Assembly (NCBI RefSeq): GCF_009834535.1
Contig: NC_045696.1
Location: 61,630,001 to 61,694,000, forward strand
Length of the DNA: 64,000 nucleotides
Direction of reading: 5' to 3'
Source: Camelus ferus
Lineage: Eukaryota
Shown: positions 1 through 12,947 of the stretch, one piece after another
How positions within the stretch are numbered: position 1 is the first letter of the stretch
Layout: the number at the start of each line of letters is the position of its first letter
Program-made: the position numbers and the translations under genes
The notes under the pieces: model-generated
Databases searched by the model: none
Told to the model about the DNA's origin: nothing
The model's input: the letters and a program-made list of their open reading frames with translations, nothing else

Positions 1-330
1 GGAAATTTGTCTTTTTATTGTTGAACTGTGGAGGTTCTTTATATACCTTAGAATAATGGTACCCTCTTGAATTACAAAAATGTTTAATTTGATGAAGTCC
101 AATTTATCCATTTCTTCTTTTTTCAGTTGGTTTTGGTGTCAGTGTCTGAGAAACCACTGCCTAATCCAAGGCCATAAAGATTTATTCCTTTTTTTTTTTT
201 TTTTTTTTATCCTAAGGGTTTGATCGTTTCAGCTCTTGCATTTAGGTCTATGGTCATTTGGAGATAATTTTTGTTTTTATCTACAGTAGGAGTCCAACTT
301 CATTCTTTTGCATGCAGATATACATGTGAA
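1..330 (-). mobile_element. Old LINE-1 ORF2 3' fragment
   Basis: Typical antisense L1 text: 'tttgatgaagtccaatttatcc', 'ctgagaaaccactgcctaatccaagg', 'gtccaacttcattcttttgcatg'. Confidence 0.8.
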
Positions 331-389
331 CTATTAATTTTCAAAAATTTTCCTCATAATTCTCTTATTTTCTTTTGAGATTAAAAAAT

Positions 390-827
390 GTTTTTATTGA
401 ATTATAGTTGATTTACAATGTTGTCTTAGTTTTAGGTGTACAGCAAGTGATTCAGTTATACATATACATAATATATATACATATTCTTTTTCAGATTCTT
501 TTCCATTATAGGTTATTACAAGATATTGAATATAGTTGCCTGTGCTATACAGTAAATCCTGTTGCTTATCTATTTTATATATAGTAGTTTATATCTGTTA
601 ATCTTCAAACTCCTAATTTGTCCCTCCCACTCCTCTCCTTTTCCTCTTTTGTAATCATAAGTTTGTTTTCTATGTCTGTGAGTCTGTTTCTGTTTTGTGT
701 ATAGATTCATTTGTATTATTTTTTAGATTCCACATATAAGTGATATCATACTATATTTGTCTTTCTCTGTCTGACTTAATTTAATATGATAATATCTAGG
801 TCCATCCATGTTGCTGCAAATGGCATA
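390..827 (-). mobile_element. LINE-1 3' end (artiodactyl-type 3' UTR)
   Basis: Begins with a T-rich tail, then 'tatagttgatttacaatgttg...ctgtgctatacagta...gattccacatataagtgatatcata...gttgctgcaaatggc'. Confidence 0.9.
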
Positions 828-1012
828 AAAAATAGATAAACAACAAGGTCCTACTGTATAGCACAGGGAACATATTCACTATCTTGTAATAACCTATAAT
901 GGGAAAGAATCTGAAAAAGAATGTATATGTATATGCATAACTGAATCACTTTGCTGTATACCTGAAACTAGCACAACTTTGTAAAGCAACTGTACTTTAG
1001 TTTTCAAAAAAA
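828..1012 (+). mobile_element. LINE-1 3' terminus of the same family, opposite orientation
   Basis: 'aacaaggtcctactgtatagcacagggaac...ctgaatcactttgctgtatacctgaaac', ending in an A run. Confidence 0.88.
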
Positions 1013-1226
1013 TCATAATGAAGAAGCTATTGGCTTTTTAAAAATATCTCCCTGTTCTTGTTTCAATTTTGTCAGAGTTTGTCTCATAATTTTGCATCTG
1101 TGTAATGCATGTTACTCACAGAGCTACAAGAGTAGGGGAGGGATAGGAGAGAAGCATTGGCACTGAAGTGACAGTGGGAAGGGAAGAGGGAGGGTTTGGG
1201 AACAGGTGCAGAGTTCAGTTTGATAG

Positions 1227-1777
1227 TGTTGTAGAAAAATGTGTTACAGCTGGGTGTTACAGCTCAGTTGAGACAGCAACATTACAGCTCAGTTGTGACA
1301 GCAACCTGGATCCGGGCGAGAGACCAAGCAGCACTCGGAGAGTTGGAGAACTCAGGTTTACTATGCCAGGGGGCCCAGAGAAGTTAACACTCCAAACTCT
1401 AGACCCCGTCTGTAGGTTTACACAGGCTTTTATAGGCTGCCAGTTTACACTTGGCAACATCATATGCAAATGAAGTATAATGAAAGTTGACTAGGAACAA
1501 GCTTTGTAGAAATGGACCAATCAGGAGGGAGAGATAACCAATCAGGAGTGAGGGAAATGGACCAATCAGGAGTGAGAGAAATAACCAATCATGAGTGAAG
1601 GAAATAACCAATCAGAAGTGAGCTCAGGGAACCAATAGAATTTCACGGGTAAGTAAGCTGTTTCAGAGGCAAAAAGTGAGATAGAGCTTCTGGGCCAGGG
1701 AACTGGATGGTGCTGACAGGAGAGTAGTGGCCCTGCCTGGGGATCCTGCCGGCCCTTTTATGGGGCTTCCCTCCTCA
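1227..1777 (-). mobile_element. Solo ERV LTR (ERV1-like, 551 bp) inserted in an L2 fragment
   Basis: TG...CA termini with a 4-bp TSD ATAG (1223-1226, 1778-1781). Minus-strand TATAAAA at 1428-1434, octamer at 1464-1471 and a CCAAT array. The flanks rejoin as continuous L2-like sequence. Confidence 0.82.
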
Positions 1778-2114
1778 ATAGGAGCAGAGCCTGTGCCAGG
1801 AAGTCTAGTGGGAGGCAAGGCTGAAAAGGTGGGTTGGGGCCAGTCTATGGACTTTGGAATAAAAGGTGAGAAAAAGTTAGTTGAAGATTTTGAACATTAT
1901 TCTCTTGGCAATGTAGTCTTTGAACTTTTTTTCCTTCACACAACAAACCCTTTGATTTAGGAAGGTTAATGTGCTTCAGATAGGCCAAAGGGAGAAGCTC
2001 GGTGGTCTAGGCCTCATCAAGAGCCTTGTCTCAAGTGGTCACTCTCCCCCTTGCTCTGCTTTGACCTCCTTTTCTTTAAAAAATAAAAAGTCATTTATTG
2101 ATTTTAATTTTTCT

Positions 2115-2261
2115 TTAAAAATTTTTTTTTGTTTTTTTTTTGGGGGGGAATGTAATTAGGTTTGTTTGTTTGTTTGTTTATTTAATGGAGGTACTTGGGA
2201 CCAAATCCAGGACCTGGTGCATGCTAGGCATGCACTCCACCACTGAGCTATACCCTCCCCC
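2115..2261 (-). mobile_element. tRNA-derived SINE (camelid vic-1-like)
   Basis: Antisense tRNA-like head (ggggagggtatagctcagtgg), tail 'aaacctaattac' plus poly-A, and a 17-bp TSD ttgattttaatttttct (2098-2114, 2262-2278). Confidence 0.85.
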
Positions 2262-3299
2262 TTGATTTTAATTTTTCTGAAAGTCATGATCAATATAGGT
2301 TTTTTTTTTTTAAACCTTTTTTTAACAAGCCTATATACTGATTATAAACCAAAGGTTCCAGATGTCTCCTGCAAAGATTGACTTTCGTGTCAGTCTGTAT
2401 TTAAAATACTCTGTTTTACTGCCAGTTCCTTCAGAGTTTCCCTCTTCTCAGCCTGGCTGTGGAAAGGGGCCACCCTCCAAAGACACCCCCTGCGCAGGCC
2501 CAACTGTCTCCTCCCAGCAGGGGGCAGCAGCCACACACTTCAGGAGCTTGGGGGAGGGTGGCGTGTTGTGGGGTGCCCTGTGGGGAGGAGCTCACAGAAG
2601 GAAACCTGTAGAGTGGAAAAAGTTAACTAGTTCCTCAGTCCCAACTCAGAGCTGAACCCACACCCTGCGGCAGGTTGAGCCACAAACACCATGCTTTCTG
2701 TAAAGCTGATAGTCTTCTGGAGGGAGGAGGAAGCTCTCAATATTTTTGAGGACCAGGCTTTTTGGTTTCTCCTCATTATTTATCCTCTGCCTTTGCCCAT
2801 GTAACTTCTAGTTCCTCCGGTTTTCCTTTTCCCATTCTTTCACTTCCTCCACTTTCCCACCACCACAATTATGGGTCAATCCAAATAATCACCTCCTTGG
2901 TGCTCTGTCCCGCTGGGAAGAAGAGATGGAGGGAGAGGGAGGGGCACGCTGGCTGGCTTCCCTACCTACTCACCGCCCCCAGAGACATCATTTTTAGATT
3001 AGATTAGAGACTAACCACTTCTAATCAAAGGCCCCTGGCAATCTCTCACACATCTTCCTGTTCCCACTCACTTGCTGAATCTGCTACCTAGACAGGATGA
3101 GAACACCGGCACCCCCCACAATCTGGCATGTAACTTGGGCTACACCTGCATGCCGCACGGGGAAGGAATTCCTGGGGGCAGAACATGTGGAGTTGGGGAT
3201 CAAAGCACAGAGGTAAGGGATAGTTTTGCTCACTGCTTTTCCCCAATCCGCTGTTACAAGCCCTCATACAACATCACCACCCTGGCATATTACAGTAGA

Positions 3300-3530
3300 G
3301 GTGGGGTGGTGTAGTAGAAAGCACAGGGGGACCAGGAAACAAGTCCTATGCTTGATTTTTCTGCTGTGTGGTTTTGGGCAAGTCACTTACCTTCAAGCCT
3401 CAGTTTTCTCATCTGCAAATTAATATTAATAATCCTCTCTATAACTACCTTACAGAGTTGAAATACTCAAGTAAGATCATGATATGAAAAGGTTTGTATA
3501 CATAGTAGAATACTTCCAAAATATCATTTA
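3300..3530. mobile_element. MIR SINE
   Basis: MIR core 'ttgggcaagtcacttaccttcaagcctcagttttctcatctgcaaa'. Confidence 0.75.
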
Positions 3531-5689
3531 TCATGACTATTTCTTTTTCAAGAGCGCTTTGGCTTCTGTTTCCTGGGCACAGAATCCAGTATTGGGACAA
3601 ACTGGATTCCTGAGGGTTCCAGGGCTATTGAGAGAAAAGACCAGAGGGAACAGAGTGGGGCTGTTTTTAGGGACTTGACTTCTAGCCCTCTGTGAGAACA
3701 GGGTTTTTTTTCTTTCCCTGAGGCCAGAGAAGAGAGACTAACAGAGAGACCTATCTTTAGAATTCTGGGTCCAGACAAGACCACCAAAGGGTCATTGGTC
3801 TTAGGCCATCTCCCTGCTCCTCAACTAGGCTGCATCTAAACTACCCAGGTGGGTAAGAAAGAATATGGCACGTCATCTAATTGTTAGGTGTTTCCAGGGA
3901 GATTCCATATCCTGTCTTGGCATTTCAGAACAAAATATGTTTTACAGTGAGTTCTTCTTTGTATTTAAGTTTTCACCTTTTTCTACAGTTGAAGGTTTTG
4001 AGTGCTTTGAGGGCAGGAAAATCGTACATTCATCTTCGTTTCCCATCTCAGCCCAGCACAAAGTGACCCTGGGGTCCAGAGTGACGAGCTGAACTGTATT
4101 GTTCTGTCCTCACCAGAGCTAGGAAACATGCTAGTCACTGTTTTTGGCCCATTTAACGTACAGTATTTGCAAAGTTCAAAACAAACATTGCAGTAATTTG
4201 GCTAGCATCTTCTCTCTGAATTCCCCCTCCTTTGGGGAACTGAGCTCCCGTTTCTGCTCAAGGACAGGCCCCATGAGGGACTGGCTTAGGCTCCCCTCCC
4301 TTCCTTATCAGATGAAATCTGCCACTGAAGGAAATTGGCTTCTCCAGATTGCGAGAGACAGGAAGCAGCACTGAGAGGCAGTGTCCCAGGAGGGAAGCCA
4401 GAGAATTAGCTCAAGGCCCAGCACAGTCAGTGCCTGGCCCGGCCTCCTTCCCTACAGCTCTGTCTTGTTCTCATCATCTCCAGCCCCACCTAGCCTCCTC
4501 CTGGGTCCTGGCATATGAGGCTGAAAGGGACTGTAGAAATCATCAAGGCTGGCACACGCGAGTTTTGTAGCCTGTGCCTGATGCTTCCAGAGATGGGGAT
4601 TTTTCTGCTTCCCCAAGAAATCAGCTCCATTTTGCCTTTTATCCAGCTGACATCTGCCTCCAGTCAGGGCTTGTCTCCTCCACTAGACAGCCCTTCAGTT
4701 GCCCTAGTCTCCAGATGCTGACATCCCCCAGGGGAGGTCCTGATAAAGGCATTAGTTTCTCAGAAACTCACTAACCCAAAGGGCCTCCGGACAGGAACCT
4801 AAGCAGGAAGGAAATGCAGAGAACAATGCCTTTGGTGGTCCCTTTCCTTGCCAAGGAGAGTCCGTGGTTCATCCTGATGTTTACTGTGACCTTGACATAC
4901 TGCCTTTTCCCCCTTCTGTGTGCCCAGTGTCTTCTGGAAGAATCCTCCCCCACACCGATTCAGCTCACTTTATTAATTTTTGCTAAAATATTTAAAAGTA
5001 TATTTAAAGACATCATGACATTCTGCCCCTAGGTACTTCTGTATGTGTCTTTAAAACAGAAAAATATTTCCCTGCAGAGCTGCAATCAAAATACCTACCA
5101 AAATTAATTATACTTTCCTGACTTTATCGAATTCTTAATCCAAGCTGAGAAGTGGAAGGCAATGGCCCATCTTCTGCCTTTGTCCGACTGCTTCCTTGTT
5201 GTAGTGTTCTTCTAGATGGTTCTTCTGTGACCTTTATTTCTGTAAGTGGTAAGTTAGATGTTAGGGTTTGGTTCCATTCCAGTTAAAAAACATTTTTAGC
5301 CAGGATATACCCTCGGTGATGTTGGAACTTCATGTTGCCTCACATCAGGAGACATGAGTACTTGTCCTACTATTAAGTGATGCTGAGATTACCCCCTGGA
5401 TTAGGTGTTGACCCCTTCATTGTGTTTTTCTATCTTGTGACCAGAAGGAAATCTGTGTGGTTGCTGTATTACAGCACTATATAAATGTCAGTTGATGTGT
5501 ATATTGAAGTCACAGTTGATCAGAAAAAGAAAAAGCAGGGCTGGGATGGATGGAGATTCCATCTCTGTTACATGTTTTGTTCTTGTGTAAATCATTTCAC
5601 CCTCAAGGCATCAGTTTTCCTATCTGGAAAATAAAGGGTTTGAACTAAAAGATCTCTAAAGTTCCTTCTAGCTTTAATCTGCTTCATTT

Positions 5690-6680
5690 TTTTTAAAAAA
5701 AAGGTTCAATTGTAGTAAGATACAATGACATACAATTTACCATTTTAACCATTTTTGAGTGTGTAGTTCAGTAGTATTATGTATATTCACATTGTGGTAC
5801 AACCATGGTCATTATCATCAGAACTTTTTCATCTTGCAAATCTGAAACTCTGTACCCAGTAAACAACTCCACTTTTCCCCCTCCCCTCAGCCCTTGGTAA
5901 CCACCATTCTACTTTCTATTTCTATGAGTCTGGCTACTTGAAATACCTCATATGAGTGAAATCATATAGTATTTGTCTTTTTGTGACTGGCTTTCACTTA
6001 GCATAATGTCTTCCAGCTTCATCCATATTGTAGCATGTTTCAGAATTTCCTTCCTTCTTAAGGCTGAACAATATTCCATTAGATGTATATACCATAGTCA
6101 TCTGTTAATGGACACTTGGGTTGCTTCCACCTTTGGTTATTGTGAATATTGCTGCTAAGAACATGGCTATACAGTTATCTCTTAGAGACTCTGCTTTCAG
6201 TTATTTTTGCTGTATATCCAGGATGGTATTGCTGGATCATATGGTGATTCTATTTTTAATTTTTTGACAAACTGCCTGTCTTCCATAGTTGCTGTACCAG
6301 TTTTCATTCCCACCCACAGAGCACAAGGGTTTCAATATCTTCACACCCTTGCCAACACTTGTTGTCTCCTGTTTCTTTGATAAAGCCATCCTAATGGATG
6401 TGAGATGTTATCTCACTGTGGTCTTGATTTACATTTCCCTGATGATTAGTGATGTAGAGCATTTCCTTCATGTGCTTGTTGGTCATTTGTGTATCTCCTT
6501 TAGAGCAATATCTATTCAAGTTCTTTTCCCATTTTTTAATCAGGTTATTTGTTTTTGTTGTTGTCAAGTTGTAGGAGTTTTTTATATATTTTGGATAGTA
6601 ACTCCTTATCAGATACATGATTTGCAAATATTGTCTCCCATTCAGTGGTTTGCCTTTTTGTTCTGTTGGTTTTATCTTTG
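5690..6680 (-). mobile_element. LINE-1 (L1MB-like) 3' UTR and ORF2 end
   Basis: Minus-strand ORFs translate to L1 ORF2 C-terminal motifs (KRQTTEWETIFANHVSDKELLSKIYKKLLQL); 3' UTR 'tttaccattttaaccatttttgagtgtgtagttcagt'. Confidence 0.92.
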
Positions 6681-7329
6681 GATATACACCAACTTAAGTC
6701 TATCAAACTGGAACCACAATTCTTCCTCTCATCTTTGGCCCAGCTGCAGTCTGAAGACCTTAACTTCTCTCCCCTAAACAAGTAGCACTCCTATCTCACT
6801 GCTTCTCTGATGGTTCATATCTCAGAAAAGAATTCTAAGTTCTCACAGCTAGAATAGAACTTAGAGGTCTTGCCCGACTTCATTTTACTAACAGACAAAC
6901 TAGGGCCCACTGTTAACAGCAGAGCTGGATCTAAAATATGGATCCTCTCCCTGTCTACCCAGGTCTCTGTTTCACCAGCACTGTGACTCAGCTCCTCAAG
7001 TCTGCTGGTTATGTTAGTAAACTCCTCAGGAAACAAACTGATTACAGGAAAAGACAACCAGCTGCTAAGAGGGAATCTTATTCTGTTGAAGCTGTGCTAT
7101 GGGAAAATATGCATGTGCTTGTTATATGTGATCTATTTACATAGTCAAAAAACTTTTTACACTCTAAAAGCCATTACCCATATTCTGAGAGCATGTGTGC
7201 TGTTTTCTGGTAGGTTAGGAAGTGGCTCAGAGACCAGGAATGAGAGGTGGCGATCAGCCAGCTTCTCTAGGTGAAGTATAATTTGCAGTATTTCCAGGGA
7301 ATCAATACTAAACCTGTAGAGAGAAGGAC

Positions 7330-7865
7330 CACCATTTCTTATCTGCCCAGCCTCCATCCCTCTTGTGATAAAAGCACTGATTTTCTTTAGAGGGCCACTC
7401 CTCCTCCACATTTAATTCATATAGTTTGGGTGAAACTTAAAGGGTAGGCCTATGATCTGATCCACAGACACCAGTGAGTTCCATCCCCCAGCCACAGTGT
7501 CTAATGAGGGAAGAAACACTTGACCCCAGGTCATACTAAGGAGACTCAGTCCTGGAACTTTTATTGGGCTATTTTGAAAGAGGCCTTTTTTCTCCTAGAA
7601 TTGCTAAACTAGTAGGATGTTGGCCTGGAACTGCCAGTAGCCATCTCAGATGCCACCTGGGAAGAGTCTGCCCGTTAAGGGAAACACACAGAAGAAGACA
7701 GGGGGCCAGAGCTGGAGAGACAGATTTTTGAAAGCATTGTTTGAGCACCTGGATCCAGGCTTGCCTTTAATCAGACTTGTTGGGGAGATGAGCCAATAAA
7801 TTCCCCTTTTTGCTTAAGCCAGTTTGAGTTAAGTTTCTATCACTGATAATTAAAAGAATCCTGAT
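7330..7865 (+). mobile_element. MaLR LTR (MLT1-type)
   Basis: 'gagcacctggatccaggc...gagccaataaattcccctttttgcttaagccagtttgagtt' is the typical MLT1 3' end. Confidence 0.8.
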
Positions 7866-8269
7866 TATTCTAAATTGTACTTTAAAATACTTGTGTAAAT
7901 TATCTGGAGGAGGGTTATAAAAATAATGGGCAAAAAGTGAGACTTTTTTTTTCAGGTAATAAAAGTCAAACTGATGGGAATAATTCTGTAGGGAAATTGT
8001 GTGAAACTATGTTAATGATAAGACATTTGACTGTGAAGTTTAGTCTTCAGTGTAAGCAAATGGCTGGTAACACATTCAGGAAACAATAACTTAAATTCTG
8101 TTTATAGTATGACAAGTTGCAAGACAAACAACGAGAGGCATTAAAGGCTCTTTAAGAGCATATTGTGCCAAGATGCTTCTGCTGCCACAATATATGGGAA
8201 AAGCATAGGAAAAAAAAAAAACCCAAACCCAGTTAACATGATTCATTCCACCCTTGTGTAGATTCACAG

Positions 8270-8640
8270 TGTGCCGGGTTTACTTTGACCTTCTGGACCC
8301 ACTCTCCGCCCTTGTCTGCCCTGCTCTCTGCTCAGGGCAGTAGGCCTGTGTTGACTACAACAGCGGTTCTTATGTCCTTTGTCTTCTGGGTGGGATCCCT
8401 AACTGGGGTGCTGACAAGACTAGATTAGAGGCAGAGAGGAACCGTTGGGGTATTTATTTTCCTGGTTCCTTCCTCATTGGCTTGAATTTAGTCACATCCT
8501 ACCCTCTGAAATAATAACAGTTCATTGGATTTGGGATTTTGCTGATGAGCTGTGGCCTGATCCATGGTGCCTGTTTAAGCCAGAGGCGAAGTTAGCTTTC
8601 CTTAAATCCTCTGGATTTTCTGGTGGATATATAGTTCCTG
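8270..8640. mobile_element. ERVL LTR (LTR33-like) fragment
   Basis: 'gcccttgtctgccctgctctctgc...ggggtatttattttcctggttccttcctc' resembles the LTR33 consensus. Confidence 0.55.
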
Positions 8641-11600
8641 GATAAAAGCTGGGGTGGTCACAGGAATAAAGAAATGGATAGGGTGGGAGGGACAATCATA
8701 GTGTCACCAAACATGGCAGAAACTAGTAAAATTTGATACAGATCCAATACAGATAAAGAGCCAAGAAAGGAGACAAAACTAAATTTAAAAATTCAAAGAA
8801 AAGAGAATTGATCCTAGTGAAAAGTATTTCAGTTGAATAAAGATGAAAATGGATAAAAATGGAAATGTTTCAAATAAGTATCATAGAAAGATGATCAAAG
8901 AATTATATTGACTTAGTGTTGTTTGTTCCAGAAACACATTCCTGATGAAAATTAATCAATGTTGGTGTCATTCCTTTGAGATGTTGGCATTGAAAACCTC
9001 CTTGGGGATAAAATGGCAGGGATGAAAATTTTCTCTAGCCCCCAGTGACCACTGCCTCTTTGAGGTGCCCACAAGCCATCTCATTAATAATCCATTTTGG
9101 TTCTGGGACTTATAAGAAATACAAAGACTTATGATGTATGGAAGTGAATTTTCTCACTGTTTTGAAAATTGTAATGAGCATCTGTCTCCAGAGATCTGTC
9201 CCTTAGACAATGCCTACAGGATAATTCATCTGCAAGTCTCCCCACACTCTGGAAAATTTGTTCTGGTCAGATTCCTGGAATTCATATGGAGAACTGAATT
9301 GGGTTGTCTCTTGCAATTTTCCCTCCCACCTTGGGTTAACTTTTCCTCTGGGCGTTTCTGTTCTAAGAACATTCCCTGTGACAGAGAAAAACAGAAGCAA
9401 AATACAAATTGAGTTCTGCTTTCTCTTTGTCACCCACCAACATGACAACACTGACCACAAATAGCATATCCCTTTTTTGATTATAGTATGACTTTATGAA
9501 GCCCTTTAAAGGCCTCAATTCATGTGAGGCTTTCACTTTCTCAAAAGCACGTTAGGTATCTGTTCCACCCTCTTGTGTTTATCAGTGGTTCTGCTCCCCC
9601 CTGTCCATTTCAAGATTACTTTCTCTTATAATCAAATAAATGAACATATATGTAACTGTGTGATTTCTTTCAGTCCCTTCCCCTTTTTCACTGACTTGAG
9701 ATTTCACAGGTAAAGGGAATGTTCTTAAGAAGATATCAAATTCTTGAGCATCTTTCTAAAGTCTCAAGCCATGGTATTTTCTTTTAATTGTTAAAATCTG
9801 GGGAACACATCTAAGGGGGTCCTACCATTTCTCTGACTCTCACAAACTTCAAGAACACACAGTTGCTTTCTCCCAAAGTTCCTGTCACTTCCACTCTGCC
9901 AGCCAATTCCTCCTTTTGGCCAAATTTAGGTTCAGAATGGCAGTTCCCCTTATTACTTCCTCTACTCTCTGGAAGATGAAATTGTCAGCAAGCAATAATA
10001 CTAGCTAAGGCCTACTGAGCTCTCACTGTGTGGAAGGCATCTTTCCCATGAGAAAGCTGAGGCCCAGAGGAGCTAAGCATCTTGCTCAAGTTCGTCCACC
10101 TGGCAGGTGGTGGAGCACAGGCATTGGTGCCAGAGTCTGACCTCAGAGCCCACATTTTGTCTCCGGTTAAAAGAGCTTATTTCACAGTCTGATTTGAGCT
10201 GGGAATAAGTTCAGCAGGCCTGAGGAAGATCACCCGTCTGCGTTGCCCTGCCTCCACGCCGCTTTTGTGACATAGAGAGGCTGTGGTCCGTATCCTGCAT
10301 CCAGTTGTGGGAGCTGTGGTAATTCCCACCGCAACGTCCTTTCTGGCTCTCTCCTCTCCTTCCACCCTCAGCTTTCGATCCTTGTGACCTACAGCCTAAC
10401 CTAAGGTTCCCTGGGTTCCTTGGTTACCTCCTAGGGTTACCTAACTTGGCTCCTTGGTTACCCCCAGGATGTCTTCATCCTCTCCCCTCGCCAGTCACAA
10501 GGAGAGGCTTTTCTTAAACACCTTTGCTCCCCCTACCTGTGCACCATCTTGCACTCATCACAAACTTGGCTGACAGAAAGGTAACGATGGCATATGTGGG
10601 GGGCCACTTGAAGTTGGTGGTGAGTTCCCAAGCAAAATGGTTATTCCTTGCAGATCCTCCTCTACACAGCTCTGCTCTTTTTATTTTTTTTCTCAAGTTT
10701 AATCAGTTCTGGGAATGCCATGCCTTTTGGGTTTTTGGAGTAATTTTGTTTCCGTTAAAGTGCTGTCCAAACCTGTTTTCCTTTCCATAGTCATTGAGAG
10801 TACATCTGGCTTTACCCCAAGTAATAAAAAACCCAATAATCACAATAAAAACAACTAACACTTATTAATCTCTTAATATAGGTCAGGCTCTGTTCTCAGG
10901 GATTACAATATTAATTTATCTAGTTTTTTTTTTTTTTTCAGAACAATTCTATGAACTAAATACTGTTATTACCAACATTTTACAGGTGAGGAAACTGAGG
11001 CACAGAGCAGTCACACAACTACTAAGCAGCTGATAACCATCCAGTTTGTGTCTAAAATATAACAAAGCCTATACAAATCTATTTCTTTTATAAACTTTCT
11101 ATTAATCATTTTCAGCCAACCCATATGATTGAAAGGATCCTAAGATGGAAGAAGTGTCATTTCATTGAAATGATCTTAAATTCATTATTGCCTAATTTAA
11201 TCTACCAACTATACTTAGAAAGTATTGTTCTCTTGTCAGTAATTCCAATGGTAGTATTTATTATTAAATTTATATAGAATTATAATTTCAGAATAGGTTA
11301 AATAGTAATTATAACCCAAACTATAAGTACTTCTAGCACATAATCACAAGTCAGTTCTCCCAATTCTTATTTTTAAGTCTAGTTTGACATTATTTCACCT
11401 ATAAAAATTTATTGCTTATTAATGTTTTCACAAATTATTTTTGGCATGTTTCAAATATTTCAGTCATTCCTATTCTGTCATCAAGTTTTGGGCCAACACT
11501 TAACTCCTTTTCCTCTATGTGTTTCCAGGCCTAACTTATCCTAAAATACATCACCAAAAAGCATCATCTTAGAACATCAGATACTGTCTCTGAAAAGAAT

Positions 11601-12394
11601 TCTATCACTCTATCATTTGAGTGATAGCCTGCTGGGTTAGTGGACTGTAATTTTTCACTTGTGCCAATTGCATTGCAGTCCTGGTTTCCCTGGGAGTCCA
11701 GCAGCTGTGCAGGTAAAATCTTACTCTAAAAAGGCTTGTCACTGTTACTGCCTTCTGCTAATTCCAAAGGAAAGCTTATTTTACCTTTCCAAATCCTAAT
11801 ACCTCCTTTGGGGGGGGTATATATATTTATTGAAGTATAGTTCCAATACCTCCTTTGTTCCCCTGCCTTTTCTCCTTCACCCATCATCTTCTTCAACTTA
11901 AGGAGTTTTTTTTTTTTTTTTTTTCCCCTTTCTTTCTTTGTTTTTGGTATTTTTCTTATTTGGAGAATGAATCAGGATTCTTGACTGCAAGCAACAGAAA
12001 CTGATTCTGGCTCACTTGAGCAGGAAAGGAATTCTTGGAAGGATCGTAGGTAGATATGAATGTTAAGGCTGGAGATCTAGATGAGCAAATGGGCAGCTCT
12101 AGAGGGAGGTGCCACAAGGACAGCCTGGTTGGAAGGCTGCATCACTGTGAGTGCTGAATGCTGTCCCTGACGCTGCTGCCGCCACTGCCCCAGACATCAG
12201 GGGCTGCCGCTGCCATCTCTGGAGCAGTCAGCTTCTTTGCATCACTTGCTCTAGACTCATGGTTCTTGGCACAGATTTAGATGATTGAGCCTAGATCATG
12301 CAGTCATTTCATAATTTCCAAGGGATAGGGCTCTGTGTCCTACCAAGGTTCTCCTAAACAGGTGACACTAAGCATCCCTCAAAAACAGCCCAGA

Positions 12395-12907
12395 TTCTTT
12401 AAAAACTAAAAATAGAGTTGCCATATGATCCAGCAATTCCACTCAGGTATTTCCAGAGAAAACTAATTCAAAAAGATACATGCACCCCAATGTTCATAGC
12501 AGCACTATTTACAATAGCCAAGACATGGAAGCAACCTAAATGTCCCTCAACAGATGAATGGATAAAGAAGATATGGTATGTGTGTATATATATATATTTT
12601 TTTAATCTAAATAAATATTTAATAAAATACCACAGCAAAGAAACCACTGAAGTAGAAATCCCACAGGACTTTTAAAATCTGTGTAGCCCTTTAGCATTTT
12701 CATAGGACTTTTGAAGAAATGGCTTAACAAGATAAGTTCCTTAAAACAATACAGAAATATCAAGTGCAAGTATTTTTAAGGGTAAGAGCAGTTAACAGTA
12801 CTCAACAGTGGAAACCAAGCTTTCAAACTCAGGGAAAAATTGCTCTTGGCCATAAAGTTAAGTTCAGACTCTAATATATATATATAGACATACATACATA
12901 TATATAA

Positions 12908-12947
<40 letters not shown>

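Noticed and set aside
1510..1640. Regular ~23-bp repeats, superficially like a CRISPR array
   Set aside because: Tandem units with no unique spacers, inside an LTR in mammalian DNA.
6289..6781. 162-aa hydrophobic + strand ORF, and the similar ORF at 14623-15039
   Set aside because: Antisense readings of LINE-1 ORF2 remnants.
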